39,778 nucleotides of DNA. Source: an uncultured Candidatus Saccharibacteria bacterium (GTDB lineage Bacteria; Patescibacteriota; Dojkabacteria; SC72; JAHDCA01). This document shows, one piece after another, positions 1 through 9,248 of this stretch. The position numbers and the translations under genes are program-made. The first letter of the stretch is position 1, and every line of letters starts with the position of its first letter. Below the pieces are notes generated by a model, which searched no databases, was not told where the DNA came from, and saw nothing but the letters and a program-made list of their open reading frames with translations. The stretch covers positions 1 to 39,778 of the forward strand of contig CAZINM010000001.1 in assembly GCA_964540605.1 (NCBI GenBank), given 5' to 3'.

Positions 1-55
1 TCAGGTACCTAGGAGTATTGCAGAAGAGATTGCTAGTGGAAGGTCAGAAAAGTAA
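1..55 (+). CDS. fusA: elongation factor G, 3' end only (gene runs off the left edge)
   Basis: Frame 2 reads ..QVPRSIAEEIASGRSEK then TAA at 53-55. This resembles the conserved EF-G C-terminus (..EVPKSIAEEI..) and sits in the canonical position upstream of tuf. Confidence 0.6.
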   Translation, partial: QVPRSIAEEIASGRSEK

Positions 56-85
56 CGATGATTCTTAAAGAATGGATTATTAATT

Positions 86-119
86 AGAGGGGTGAAGATC
101 ACCCCTCTTTTTATTTTTT
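86..119 (+). terminator. rho-independent terminator after fusA
   Basis: Perfect 10-bp stem AGAGGGGTGA (86-95) / TCACCCCTCT (99-108), 3-nt loop, followed by TTTTATTTTTT. Confidence 0.75.
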
Positions 120-191
120 ATCGAGAACTCATGTTTTTGAAAATTTATTATCATAAAAATCATAAATATTATAAAAAATGTTATTAAATAC

Positions 192-220
192 TTGCACACA
201 TCAATACTTTCTGATAATAT
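192..220 (+). promoter_or_regulatory. sigma70-type promoter for tuf (extended -10)
   Basis: TTGCAC (192-197), 17-nt spacer ending in TGa, then TAATAT (215-220). It lies about 110 nt upstream of the tuf ATG. Confidence 0.55.
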
Positions 221-330
221 CCATTTCGACATTTCTTGATTGTGTATTTATCCTGGAGATGTAGCTCCAAATCTGGTATAAACGCATAATCACAATGTGT
301 GAAAATAATTAATTTGTATTTATTTATAAA

Positions 331-1500
331 ATGGCTGGTACATATGATAGAACATTACCTCATGTGAATGTTGGTACCCTCGGTCATGTAGATCACGGAA
401 AGACAACTTTACTAAGAGGAGTTTTAAGAGCATTCTCAACAGATGCTGATGCTATGATCGATAAACTTGATAAGGACCCTGAATCAAGAGCAAAGAGTAT
501 TACAATTTCAGTAGCTCATGTAGAGGTGCAAACACCAAAGAGACACTACGCAATTGTAGACTGTCCTGGACATAAAGATTATATTAAGAACATGATCACT
601 GGTACTGCACAAATGGATGGTGCAATACTTGTCGTTTCATCTGCCGATGGTGCAATGCCACAGACAAGAGAACACTTATTACTTGCAAGACAGGTTGGTG
701 TTCAGAATATTGTTGTTTGTATTAACAAATTCGGCGAGACAGATGCAGAAATTTTGGAGCTTATCAAGGTAGATGTTCAAGAACTTCTTGAAAAATATGG
801 ATATGATCCAAATTCTCCAGTAGTAGAGGTCGATGCATTGAAAGCAGAAAAAGGTGAAGAGGCTGCACTTGATGAGTGTAGAAAACTTATGGATACAGTT
901 GATGAGAGCATTCCACTTCCTGAGAGACCTATTGATCAACCATTCCTTATGCCTATTGAAGATGTATTCTCAATTGAAGGTAGAGGAACTGTTGTAACTG
1001 GAAGGATCGATAGAGGAGTTATAAAGGTAGGAGATGATGTTGATGTATTAGGAATGGGTAGAAAACCACAAAAGACTACAGTAACTGGAGTTGAGATGTT
1101 CAATAAATCAATGACTCAAGGTGAAGCTGGAGATAATGCTGGTATTTTACTAAGAGGCTTCAAACGAACTGATGTTGAGAGAGGACAGATCATTGCTGCT
1201 CCTGGTTCAGTTAATACTCACACAGATTTCAAAGCTCAAGTATATGTATTAAGCAAAGAAGAGGGTGGTAGACATACTCCTTTTGTAAGTGGTTATAAAC
1301 CTCAGTTCTATGTAAGAACTGCAGATGTAACTGGTGAAGTTACTTTGCCAGAAGGTGTTGAAATGGTAATGCCTGGTAACAATGTAGAGTTCACAGTATC
1401 TCTTATTGCTCCAGTTGTTATTGAAAAAGGTATGAAGTTTGCGATCCGAGAGGGTGGTCAAACTGTAGGACATGGAGTCGTAACAGAAATGATGAATTAG
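331..1500 (+). CDS. tuf: elongation factor Tu (divergent G4/G5 boxes)
   Basis: [10 protein letters not shown]-loop, DCPGH switch II, and the [15 protein letters not shown] and FAIREGG blocks are present. Position is between fusA and rpsJ. Confidence 0.97.
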   Translation: MAGTYDRTLPHVNVGTLGHVDHGKTTLLRGVLRAFSTDADAMIDKLDKDPESRAKSITISVAHVEVQTPKRHYAIVDCPGHKDYIKNMITGTAQMDGAILVVSSADGAMPQTREHLLLARQVGVQNIVVCINKFGETDAEILELIKVDVQELLEKYGYDPNSPVVEVDALKAEKGEEAALDECRKLMDTVDESIPLPERPIDQPFLMPIEDVFSIEGRGTVVTGRIDRGVIKVGDDVDVLGMGRKPQKTTVTGVEMFNKSMTQGEAGDNAGILLRGFKRTDVERGQIIAAPGSVNTHTDFKAQVYVLSKEEGGRHTPFVSGYKPQFYVRTADVTGEVTLPEGVEMVMPGNNVEFTVSLIAPVVIEKGMKFAIREGGQTVGHGVVTEMMN

Positions 1501-1512
1501 TATTAGTTAATT

Positions 1513-1538
1513 ATTGGGTGGGGTTTACCCCACCCAAT
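1513..1538 (+). terminator. GC-rich hairpin between tuf and rpsJ (attenuator or partial terminator)
   Basis: Perfect 11-bp stem ATTGGGTGGGG / CCCCACCCAAT with TTTA loop. The downstream tract (ATATATCTTTAAA) is only weakly U-rich. Confidence 0.4.
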
Positions 1539-1569
1539 ATATCTTTAAATTAACATTGGCTCTTTGAAT

Positions 1570-1881
1570 ATGGCACAAGTTACTGCAAAAATACGAGTTA
1601 AGCTACGAGGTTATGATTCGATAGTTGTTGATAGATCCGCTAAAAGCATAATTGAAACAGCTATTGGAACAGGTGCAAAAGTTGCTGGTCCAATTCCTCT
1701 GCCAACAAAAAAGAAAATTTATGCAGTAAATAGATCTACTCATGTGTATAAGAGTTCAATTGAACATTTTGAAGTTAGGACTCATAAGAGGTTGATAGAT
1801 ATAATTGAGCCCACACCAAAGACAATTGAGGCTTTGCAACATTTGCAAATGCCAGCCGGTGTTGATATAGCTATTCAATAG
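1570..1881 (+). CDS. rpsJ: 30S ribosomal protein S10 (uS10)
   Basis: [16 protein letters not shown]... is a typical S10 N-terminus. ATG at 1570 is preferred over the TTG at 1564 in the track. Confidence 0.95.
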   Translation: MAQVTAKIRVKLRGYDSIVVDRSAKSIIETAIGTGAKVAGPIPLPTKKKIYAVNRSTHVYKSSIEHFEVRTHKRLIDIIEPTPKTIEALQHLQMPAGVDIAIQ

Positions 1882-1962
1882 CTTCGATGAAAGTTCGATT
1901 TTGCTCCTGAGCATATAGGTGCTTAGGGATTAGAACCGAATTTTAATTAAGAAAAGTTTGAA

Positions 1963-2547
1963 ATGAAGGTGCTTGTTGGAATAAAAAAAGGAATGACAAG
2001 AGTTTATGACGGCGAGAAGATTGTACCTGTAACAATACTTGATACATCGGGTGCTGTTATCTCTAATGTTGCAGAAAAAGGAATGGAACTTGGTATTGGG
2101 AAACAATTGAAAAAGCCTAATAAAGCCTTGTCTGGTAAATATAAGACTCTTGAAGTCATACCTGTTAATAGAGTATGGGTTAAAGGTGATTACGATGTAA
2201 AAGTAGCTGATAAGATCGTTCTTACAGATGATCTAAAGGGTCGAAAAGTAGCAGTTGTATCTACATCAAAAGGAAAAGGTTTCGCAGGAGTAGTAAAAAG
2301 ATGGGGTTTTCATGGAGGTAGTAGAACACACGGACAATCAGATAGACAAAGAGCTCCTGGTGCAATTGGTGCTGGTACAGATCCAGGAAGGATCCTCAAA
2401 GGAAAAAGAATGGGTGGAAGAATGGGTGGAGAAAGAATGACTGTGAATAATAAGAAAATAGTTGATATAAAGGGTGATTATCTGTTAATATCTGGAGCTG
2501 TACCTGGTAACAAGGGTTCAGTAGTAACAGTAAAAGTAATTGAATAA
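1963..2547 (+). CDS. rplC: 50S ribosomal protein L3 (uL3)
   Basis: GIKKGMTRVY.. and KGKGFAGVVKRWGF.GG..THG motifs; order S10-L3-L4. Confidence 0.95.
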   Translation: MKVLVGIKKGMTRVYDGEKIVPVTILDTSGAVISNVAEKGMELGIGKQLKKPNKALSGKYKTLEVIPVNRVWVKGDYDVKVADKIVLTDDLKGRKVAVVSTSKGKGFAGVVKRWGFHGGSRTHGQSDRQRAPGAIGAGTDPGRILKGKRMGGRMGGERMTVNNKKIVDIKGDYLLISGAVPGNKGSVVTVKVIE

Positions 2548-2551
2548 AAAT

Positions 2552-3148
2552 ATGAATGTAAAAATTGTAGGAAAAAATTTAAAAGAAACAGAGAAAACCG
2601 TAACTCTAAATGAGAGTATTTGGTCAGCAAAGCCAAATGTAGATCTTGTTTCCCAAGTTGTTAATGTTTACAGATCAAATCAAAGATGCTCAAATGCTTC
2701 AGCAAAAGATCGTGGAGATGTAAGCGGTGGTGGTAAGAAACCTTGGAGACAAAAGGGTACAGGTAGGGCAAGACATGGTTCTACGAGGTCACCTATTTGG
2801 GTAGGTGGTGGTGTGGTTTTTGGTCCAACTGGAAGGAATTGGAAGAGGAGTGTAAATAGAAAAATGAAGTTAGGGGCTTTGGCATCTGTTTTATCTGATA
2901 GATTATCTAAAGGAGATGTTTATTTTGTAGATAGTGCTAATTTTGCAAGGGATCTCTTTTCTGATATTAAGAGTGCTTTCGTTATTACAAGCAATAAAGA
3001 AGCTTATTTGAGAGTTAGGAATTTAGATGGCGTAAATGTTGGAGATCCTGCTGATGTGAATGTGATAGATGCTATGTATGGTAAGAAATTGTTCATAGAT
3101 GTTGATTCTTTATCTGCATTAGAGGGAAGGTATACAAATGGCAAATAA
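2552..3148 (+). CDS. rplD: 50S ribosomal protein L4 (uL4)
   Basis: GGGKKPWRQKGTGRARHGS.RSPIW.GGGVVFGP motif. ATG at 2552 is preferred over the TTG at 2540. Confidence 0.93.
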   Translation: MNVKIVGKNLKETEKTVTLNESIWSAKPNVDLVSQVVNVYRSNQRCSNASAKDRGDVSGGGKKPWRQKGTGRARHGSTRSPIWVGGGVVFGPTGRNWKRSVNRKMKLGALASVLSDRLSKGDVYFVDSANFARDLFSDIKSAFVITSNKEAYLRVRNLDGVNVGDPADVNVIDAMYGKKLFIDVDSLSALEGRYTNGK

Positions 3149-3452
3149 AAAAATAGAAAAAACAAATGTAGAGATAAAAGTAACTCCAGTAATATCTGAG
3201 AAGAGTTACGCTTTGGCAAATGCTCTAAATAAGTACACATTTATGAGTAAGAGAGGTTTAAGCAAACTTGAATTGGCAAAAGATATTGAGAAGAAATATA
3301 AGGTAAAGGTACTAAGTGTGAATTCTGTTATAAAACCTGGAAAAATGAAGACAAATTGGAAGAACAATGTTAAAACAAGATCTTCCGATTATAAAAAGGT
3401 AGTAGTTACACTTAAAAAGGGAGATAAAATAGATGAATTCTTTAATTTATAG
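3138..3452 (+). CDS. rplW: 50S ribosomal protein L23 (uL23)
   Basis: Size, position between L4 and L2, the ..VISEKSY.. start and the KKVVVTLKKGDKID end. Overlaps the L4 stop by 11 nt. Confidence 0.9.
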   Translation: MANKKIEKTNVEIKVTPVISEKSYALANALNKYTFMSKRGLSKLELAKDIEKKYKVKVLSVNSVIKPGKMKTNWKNNVKTRSSDYKKVVVTLKKGDKIDEFFNL

Positions 3453-3455
3453 TAA

Positions 3456-4307
3456 ATGGCTGTAAAAAGATTTAAACCAACAACTTCGACATTAAGAAAG
3501 ACTCAACTAGAGGTTAGATCTCATCTTGAAAAAGATTCTGGTCCAAAGTCTCTAACAGTTCATAAAAGAAAAGTTGATGGTAGGAACAATCAAGGTAGGA
3601 TCACTGTAAGACATAGAGGTGGAGGAATGAAGAGAAGATCTAGGATCATAGATCTAAAAAGAGATAAATATGGAGTTAAAGGTAAGGTTATGGGATTTTA
3701 TTTTGATCCAAATAGATCTGCTCATCTTGCTCTTGTTCAGTATGAAGATGGTGATAAAAGATATATAATTTCACCTCGAGGTCTAAAAGCTGGTTCTTTT
3801 ATTATAAGTGGTGAAACTGAGGATATACTTGTTGGAAATGCAATGCACTTAAAAAGTATTCCTTCTGGAACAGAAGTTAACTGTGTAGAGAGTGAACCTG
3901 GTAAAGGTGCTGTTTATGGAAGATCTGCTGGACAACTTATAACTGTTCAAGGTCCTGATCCAAGTGGTAAATATGTACAATTGAAAATGCCATCTGGCGA
4001 GATTAGATTGGTTCACGGTCGTTGCATGGCTACAATTGGTCAGATCGGGAATGAAGATCATATGAATGTAAAATTAGGTAAGGCTGGTAGAAGAAGGAAC
4101 CTAGGTTGGAGACCAGTGGTTAGAGGTATGGTTATGCACAGAGCTGAGCATCCACATGGTGGTGGTGAAGGTAAAGGAGTAATTGGTGGTCCAGCTCAAG
4201 ATAGGTGGGGTAATAGAGTCGGTACTAGAACTCGAAAGAATGCTAGAACTGAGAAGTTAATTATTAGAAGAAGAAGGTCAGTTACAAGACCATTTGCTAA
4301 AAAATAA
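3456..4307 (+). CDS. rplB: 50S ribosomal protein L2 (uL2)
   Basis: MAVKRFKPTT...GRNN.GRIT.RHRGGG and the MHRAEHPHGGGEGK motif. Confidence 0.97.
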   Translation: MAVKRFKPTTSTLRKTQLEVRSHLEKDSGPKSLTVHKRKVDGRNNQGRITVRHRGGGMKRRSRIIDLKRDKYGVKGKVMGFYFDPNRSAHLALVQYEDGDKRYIISPRGLKAGSFIISGETEDILVGNAMHLKSIPSGTEVNCVESEPGKGAVYGRSAGQLITVQGPDPSGKYVQLKMPSGEIRLVHGRCMATIGQIGNEDHMNVKLGKAGRRRNLGWRPVVRGMVMHRAEHPHGGGEGKGVIGGPAQDRWGNRVGTRTRKNARTEKLIIRRRRSVTRPFAKK

Positions 4308-4324
4308 ATTAGTGTTATTTATGC

Positions 4325-4627
4325 ATGTCTAGATCATTAAAGAAGGGACCGTATACAAATGAAAAGTTATTGAAAAAGGTAGACCAAGCACGAAACTCGG
4401 GAAATAGGTCCCCTATCAATACTTGGAGTAGAGCTTCTGTAGTAACACCTGAAATGGTTGGCTTTACTTTCGGAGTTCATAATGGAAAAGAAAATGTTCC
4501 AGTTTTAGTTATTGAATCGATGGTAGGTCACAGATTAGGAGAATTTGCATTGACAAGAAAGTTTAAAGGTCATGCGAAGAAGGGTAAGTTATCCAAAGTA
4601 TACGGTAGTTCTGGAAGATTTGAATAA
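4325..4627 (+). CDS. rpsS: 30S ribosomal protein S19 (uS19)
   Basis: SRSLKKGPY.. and ..HNGK....V......[11 protein letters not shown] motifs. Confidence 0.95.
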   Translation: MSRSLKKGPYTNEKLLKKVDQARNSGNRSPINTWSRASVVTPEMVGFTFGVHNGKENVPVLVIESMVGHRLGEFALTRKFKGHAKKGKLSKVYGSSGRFE

Positions 4628-4649
4628 TTAGTAATTAATAAATATTGAT

Positions 4650-5000
4650 ATGGCAGAAGAAAAAATAGTTATTAAAATTAAAGAGAAAAATTTACCTCAA
4701 TCAGCATTAAAGCTAAGACTTGTTACAAACATGGTTAGAGGGATGAAAGCTAATGAAGCACAGGATATGTTGAGATTTGTTAATAAAAAAGGTGCTTTGA
4801 TGGTTAAAAAAGCTGTTGATGCAGCAGCAGGAGCTGCACAAGATAGATACGATGTTGGATCAGATCAATTGTTGATATCTCATATTTCTGTTGATGAGGC
4901 ACCAACATATAAAAGAGTAAGATTTGCATCAAGAGGTAGAGTATCAAGTTTAAATAAAAGAAGATCACATATAAATTTAGAAGTTACCTTGATTAAGTAG
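4650..5000 (+). CDS. rplV: 50S ribosomal protein L22 (uL22)
   Basis: KLRLVTNMVRGMKANEA..ML.F motif; position S19-L22-S3. Confidence 0.93.
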   Translation: MAEEKIVIKIKEKNLPQSALKLRLVTNMVRGMKANEAQDMLRFVNKKGALMVKKAVDAAAGAAQDRYDVGSDQLLISHISVDEAPTYKRVRFASRGRVSSLNKRRSHINLEVTLIK

Positions 5001-5001
5001 C

Positions 5002-5631
5002 ATGTCACAGAAAATCAATTCAAACGCAATGAGGTTAGGGATCAGTAGAACTTGGAAATCTAAGTGGTTCAAGCAAGGTACTGACTATGTTGATCAACTA
5101 CACGAGGATTTAGCGATTCGAGGATTAGTTGGTAAGACACTATTCTCTGCTGGTGTAGATAGAGTTGAAATTACAAGATCTGCAGGAAAGCTAAGTGTTG
5201 AAGCCTTTGTTGCCAGACCTGGTGTGGCAATTGGAAGAGGTGGCTCCGGAATTGAAGATCTTACTAAGTTACTGAAAAGGAAATTCGATAAAAATCTTGA
5301 ATTGAAAATTAGTGAAGTTAGGAAGCCTGATATATCTGCAAGTATTGTTGCTGATGAGATTGTATCTGGATTATTGAGAAGAATGCCTCCAAAATTACTA
5401 GCAATGAATGCAATAGAAAAAGCAAAGGCTGCTGGTGCTAAAGGTATAAGAGTATGGGTAGCTGGAAGAATAAATGGTGCTTCTCAAGCCAGAACTATTA
5501 AGCATTCTGATGGTCCTGTTCCGCTCCAAACATTGAGAGCTGATATTGATTATGCAAATAAGGTCGCTGAGACAGCTGATCTTGGTAAATTTGGTATCAA
5601 GGTTTGGATTTATCAACCTGATGTTAAGTAA
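5002..5631 (+). CDS. rpsC: 30S ribosomal protein S3 (uS3)
   Basis: QKINSNAMRLGISRTWKSKWF N-terminus and a KH-like GRGGSGIE block. Confidence 0.95.
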   Translation: MSQKINSNAMRLGISRTWKSKWFKQGTDYVDQLHEDLAIRGLVGKTLFSAGVDRVEITRSAGKLSVEAFVARPGVAIGRGGSGIEDLTKLLKRKFDKNLELKISEVRKPDISASIVADEIVSGLLRRMPPKLLAMNAIEKAKAAGAKGIRVWVAGRINGASQARTIKHSDGPVPLQTLRADIDYANKVAETADLGKFGIKVWIYQPDVK

Positions 5632-5655
5632 ATATGAATTTATAAGGTGATTATT

Positions 5656-6066
5656 ATGCAACCAAAGAGAACAAAACATAGAAAAGAGTTTAGAGGAAAA
5701 AGAGGCGGGGTTGCGACTGCAAACAACTCTGTAGATTTTGGCGAATATGGCTTAAAAGCTGTTGCATGTGGTTGGATCCACTCAAATGAGATAGAAGCTG
5801 GAAGGAAAGCGATTGTTGGCTATATGAAGAGAAAAGGAAAAGTTTGGATCAAAATATTTCCACGCAAGCCTTATACATCTAAACCAATAAATGCAAAAAT
5901 GGAGGCTGGTAAAGGTGATCTTGAGGGTTATGTAGCTGTAGTAAAGCCAGGCACAATAATGTATGAGATCGCAGGAGTTAAAGAAGATGTTGCCAAAGAG
6001 GCATTTAGACTTGCTTCTCATAAAATTTCAGTTAAAACGAAATTTGTTGAAAGGTCCGAATTTTAA
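5656..6066 (+). CDS. rplP: 50S ribosomal protein L16 (uL16)
   Basis: [14 protein letters not shown]-terminus. ATG at 5656 is preceded by AAGGTGA; the track's GTG at 5647 is less likely. Confidence 0.95.
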   Translation: MQPKRTKHRKEFRGKRGGVATANNSVDFGEYGLKAVACGWIHSNEIEAGRKAIVGYMKRKGKVWIKIFPRKPYTSKPINAKMEAGKGDLEGYVAVVKPGTIMYEIAGVKEDVAKEAFRLASHKISVKTKFVERSEF

Positions 6067-6130
6067 ATGATTGTTGATTATGAAGGATGTAACTGATACA
6101 ATCCTTCAGCGTAAATTTAACGACATATAA

Positions 6131-6388
6131 ATGTCATCTAACGAAAAAAGAAAAAATCGAAAAGTAATGACTGGAGAGGTTAAAAGTACAAGTATGCAGA
6201 AAGCAGTAAAAGTGCTTGTTGAGAACCCTGTTTCTCATCCCGTTTATAAAAAAGTTATATATAAAAGAAAAGTGTACTTTGCTAGAACATTGATAGATCT
6301 TAATGTTGGAGATGTTGTAGAGATTGGTGAAACTCGACCATTATCGAAGAATATTAGGTGGGAAGTAATTAGGAAAATAGATAAATAA
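6131..6388 (+). CDS. rpsQ: 30S ribosomal protein S17 (uS17)
   Basis: ..VMTGEVKS.SM.KAVKVLVE....HP.YKK and GD.V.I.ETRPLSK motifs. Confidence 0.93.
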   Translation: MSSNEKRKNRKVMTGEVKSTSMQKAVKVLVENPVSHPVYKKVIYKRKVYFARTLIDLNVGDVVEIGETRPLSKNIRWEVIRKIDK

Positions 6389-6401
6389 GAAAAGTATATA
6401 T

Positions 6402-6770
6402 ATGATACAGAGACTTACTAAAATGACAATTGCAGATAATAGTGGAGGAAAAGTAGCCAAGATGATTGGTATGCCTGGATATTCCAAGAAGAAATGGGCT
6501 CATATAGGAGAGATCGTTGCTGTCGCAATTGTTGAGGCTTTACCAAATTCAAATATTAAAAGACATGAAGTACAGAAAGCAGTTATTGTTAGGAGTAAAA
6601 AAGAGTGTTCTAGAGCTGACGGTACATTTATAAGATTTGATGATAATGCATGTGTTTTGATCGATGCAAAAAAGAATCCTTTAGGAACAAGAGTGTTCGG
6701 TCCTATTGCAAGAGAGTTGAAAGAAAAAGGTTTTGATAAGATAATTTCTTTGGCACCTGAAGTTCTATGA
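6402..6770 (+). CDS. rplN: 50S ribosomal protein L14 (uL14)
   Basis: MIQ..T...IADNSG.K N-terminus and a LAPEVL C-terminus. Its stop overlaps the L24 start (ATGA). Confidence 0.95.
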   Translation: MIQRLTKMTIADNSGGKVAKMIGMPGYSKKKWAHIGEIVAVAIVEALPNSNIKRHEVQKAVIVRSKKECSRADGTFIRFDDNACVLIDAKKNPLGTRVFGPIARELKEKGFDKIISLAPEVL

Positions 6771-7183
6771 AAATTCGAAAAAATGATACAGTAAAAATAT
6801 TATACGGAAAAGATTCAGGTAAAACTGGCAAAGTAGTAAAGGTTGTTAAGAAAGATATGATGCTTATTGTAGAGGGATTGAATATGTATAAAAAGCATGT
6901 TAAAGGTGATGGGAAAAATAAACAGTCTGAAATAGTTACAATATCTAAACCATTACATATGTCTAAAGTAATGCTTGTTGATCCTTCTGATAATAAGCCG
7001 ACAAGAGTTAAATATGAAATTACAAAAGATGGTAAAAAAGGAAGGATGTCTGTTAAGAGTAATAAAGGTATCGATGTTGTTAAATCAAACAATGAAGTAA
7101 AGACTGTAACTGAGAAAGTAAGTAAGAAAAAAGAAACTAAAACAAAAGAAACAACTAAAAAAAGTAAATCAAAAAGTAAATAG
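6767..7183 (+). CDS. rplX: 50S ribosomal protein L24 (uL24) with Lys-rich C-terminal tail
   Basis: MKIRKNDTVKILYGKDSGKTGKVVKV KOW motif. About 35 extra residues end in KKKETKTKETTKKSKSKSK. Confidence 0.9.
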   Translation: MKIRKNDTVKILYGKDSGKTGKVVKVVKKDMMLIVEGLNMYKKHVKGDGKNKQSEIVTISKPLHMSKVMLVDPSDNKPTRVKYEITKDGKKGRMSVKSNKGIDVVKSNNEVKTVTEKVSKKKETKTKETTKKSKSKSK

Positions 7184-7185
7184 AG

Positions 7186-7746
7186 ATGGCAAGATTAAAA
7201 GAGGAATATAAAAATAGAATAAGACAGGAGATAGTAGACGAATTGAAGTTAGGTAATCTTATGGCAGCTCCTACTATTAAAAAGATAGTAGTGAATTCTG
7301 GCGTTGGTGAAGCTGTTACAAACTCGGCAGCTATTGATGAAGTTGTTGAGATCCTTGAATTGATCACAGGACAAAAACCTGTTGTATCAAAATCAAAGAA
7401 AGCTGTCTCAGCATTCAAATTAAGAGAGAATATGGATATAGGTGTTCATGTTACATTAAGAGGTGAATATATGTGGGAATTCTTTGACAAATTAATAAAT
7501 GTTGTATTACCTAGGACTAAAGATTTCAGAGGCTTACCAGTTACTTCTTTTGATAACGATGGAAATTACTCCTTAGGTATAGAAGAGCATACTGTTTTCC
7601 CTGAGATCGATCATAATAAAGTACAAAAGATCAGATCTCTTCAGGTTACTATTGTCATGGATTCAAAAGATAGTGGATCTTCTAAATTATTATTGGATAA
7701 ATTCGGTTTTCCTTTTAAGAAAGATGGCAAAGAAATCAAAGATTGA
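7186..7746 (+). CDS. rplE: 50S ribosomal protein L5 (uL5)
   Basis: RLKEEYKN.I...L...L...N.M..P.I.KIVVN.GVGEA N-terminal block. Confidence 0.95.
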   Translation: MARLKEEYKNRIRQEIVDELKLGNLMAAPTIKKIVVNSGVGEAVTNSAAIDEVVEILELITGQKPVVSKSKKAVSAFKLRENMDIGVHVTLRGEYMWEFFDKLINVVLPRTKDFRGLPVTSFDNDGNYSLGIEEHTVFPEIDHNKVQKIRSLQVTIVMDSKDSGSSKLLLDKFGFPFKKDGKEIKD

Positions 7747-7918
7747 GCAAGAAAAAAGATATAAGAGAAAGAAAGTACACTCGACAAAAGTCTATAATAG
7801 GTGTAAAGTTTGTGGCCGTCCTAGAGCGTATTTCAGAGACTTCGGTTTGTGTAGGATCTGTTTTAGGAATTTAGCTCATGAAGGTGAATTGCCTGGCGTG
7901 AAAAAATCAGTTTGGTAA
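7724..7918 (+). CDS. rpsN: 30S ribosomal protein S14, zinc-binding type Z (uS14)
   Basis: [12 protein letters not shown]...[33 protein letters not shown], about 64 aa with CxxC..CxxC. ATG at 7724 overlaps the L5 3' end. Confidence 0.92.
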   Translation: MAKKSKIEQEKRYKRKKVHSTKVYNRCKVCGRPRAYFRDFGLCRICFRNLAHEGELPGVKKSVW

Positions 7919-7935
7919 ATTTTTATATATTAGTG

Positions 7936-8319
7936 ATGGTAAACGATACAGTATCAGATACATTAACAAGATTAAAAAATGCAGTTGAAAGAGGTTCAGA
8001 AACTGTATTGGTTTATGATAACAAGATGTCTAGAAGTATCTTAGATATTCTTGTAAAGGAAACATTTGTTGAAAAATATACGGAAGTTGAGGGAGGAATT
8101 GAAGCAACCTTAAAATATAGTGAGTCTGGAGAACCTAAGGTCGTTAACTTTCAGAGGGTAAGTAAACCTGGGCAAAGGATATATGTTAGTTCAAAGGAGA
8201 TTGAACCTGTTGTAAATGGTCGTGGTATATCGATCATCAGTACCTCTAAAGGGCTTATGACTGGAGCTATGGCCAGATCTCAGGGAGTTGGTGGAGAATA
8301 TATTTGTAATGTTTGGTAA
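7936..8319 (+). CDS. rpsH: 30S ribosomal protein S8 (uS8)
   Basis: MVNDTVSDTLTRLKNA N-terminus and GGEYICNVW C-terminus. ATG at 7936 is preferred over the TTG at 7912. Confidence 0.93.
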   Translation: MVNDTVSDTLTRLKNAVERGSETVLVYDNKMSRSILDILVKETFVEKYTEVEGGIEATLKYSESGEPKVVNFQRVSKPGQRIYVSSKEIEPVVNGRGISIISTSKGLMTGAMARSQGVGGEYICNVW

Positions 8320-8321
8320 AT

Positions 8322-8864
8322 ATGTCAAGAATAGGAATTGTACCAATAAAAATTGAAGATGGCGTGTCTATAGAAGTTACTGGTAATAAAGCGGTGATAA
8401 CTGGTCCAATGGGTAATATTGAGATTACTATCCCTGACGATGTAAATATTGAAACAAAGGAAGGTAATGCTATTGTTACGAGGACACAAGAGACGAAGCA
8501 AGCTAAATCAAATCATGGCACATTAAGAATGCTTGTAGCGAATGCGGTAGAAGGTGTTAAGAATGGATTCCAGAAAAAACTAGAAGTTGTTGGTGTAGGT
8601 TATAGGGCAAAGATGGAAGGTAATAATATTTCTATTGCTCTCGGCTTGAACCACCCAGTGATATTTAAAGAAGTAGAAGGAATTACATTTGAAGTACCAG
8701 ATAAAAATACTATTATTATTAAGGGTATTGATAAACAAAAAGTCGGACTTGTAGCAGCAATGATACGAGAATTACGAAAACCTGAACCTTATAAAGGAAA
8801 AGGTATAAAATACGAAGATGAAGTAGTAAGAAGAAAGAGTGCGAAAGTTGTAAGCGCATCTTAG
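8322..8864 (+). CDS. rplF: 50S ribosomal protein L6 (uL6)
   Basis: MSRIG..PI.I..GV.. N-terminus and EPYKGKGIKYEDE motif. ATG at 8322. Confidence 0.93.
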   Translation: MSRIGIVPIKIEDGVSIEVTGNKAVITGPMGNIEITIPDDVNIETKEGNAIVTRTQETKQAKSNHGTLRMLVANAVEGVKNGFQKKLEVVGVGYRAKMEGNNISIALGLNHPVIFKEVEGITFEVPDKNTIIIKGIDKQKVGLVAAMIRELRKPEPYKGKGIKYEDEVVRRKSAKVVSAS

Positions 8865-8899
8865 AATATTAATATTTATGTATTTATTGGATTAATAGT

Positions 8900-9229
8900 A
8901 TGGCTCATATAAAGGAAGAAAGTAGAATAAAAAGGAAGCTACATATAAGAAAGAAACTATATGGAAAAGCTGATAAGCCAAGAGTATTTGTTTTTAAGAG
9001 CAACAAATTCATGTATGTCGGCGTATCTGATGATGTGAACGGTAAAGTTCTTATGAGCTTGAAATCTGATAAGAACATTAAGAGTGCTTCTGAATTAGGA
9101 GAGAATATCGGTAAGAAGATATTAGAAACGGGTATTAAGAATGTTGTATTTGATAGAAGTGGGTATAAGTATCATGGTAAAGTAGCAGCTTTAGCTGATG
9201 GTATACGAAAAGCTGGAGTAATAATGTAA
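8900..9229 (+). CDS. rplR: 50S ribosomal protein L18 (uL18)
   Basis: ..RKLHIRKK..G....PR..VFKSNK..Y and FDRSGYKYHGKV.ALADG.R..G motifs. Confidence 0.9.
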   Translation: MAHIKEESRIKRKLHIRKKLYGKADKPRVFVFKSNKFMYVGVSDDVNGKVLMSLKSDKNIKSASELGENIGKKILETGIKNVVFDRSGYKYHGKVAALADGIRKAGVIM

Positions 9230-9248
9230 TTAATTAATGGTCTAAGTA

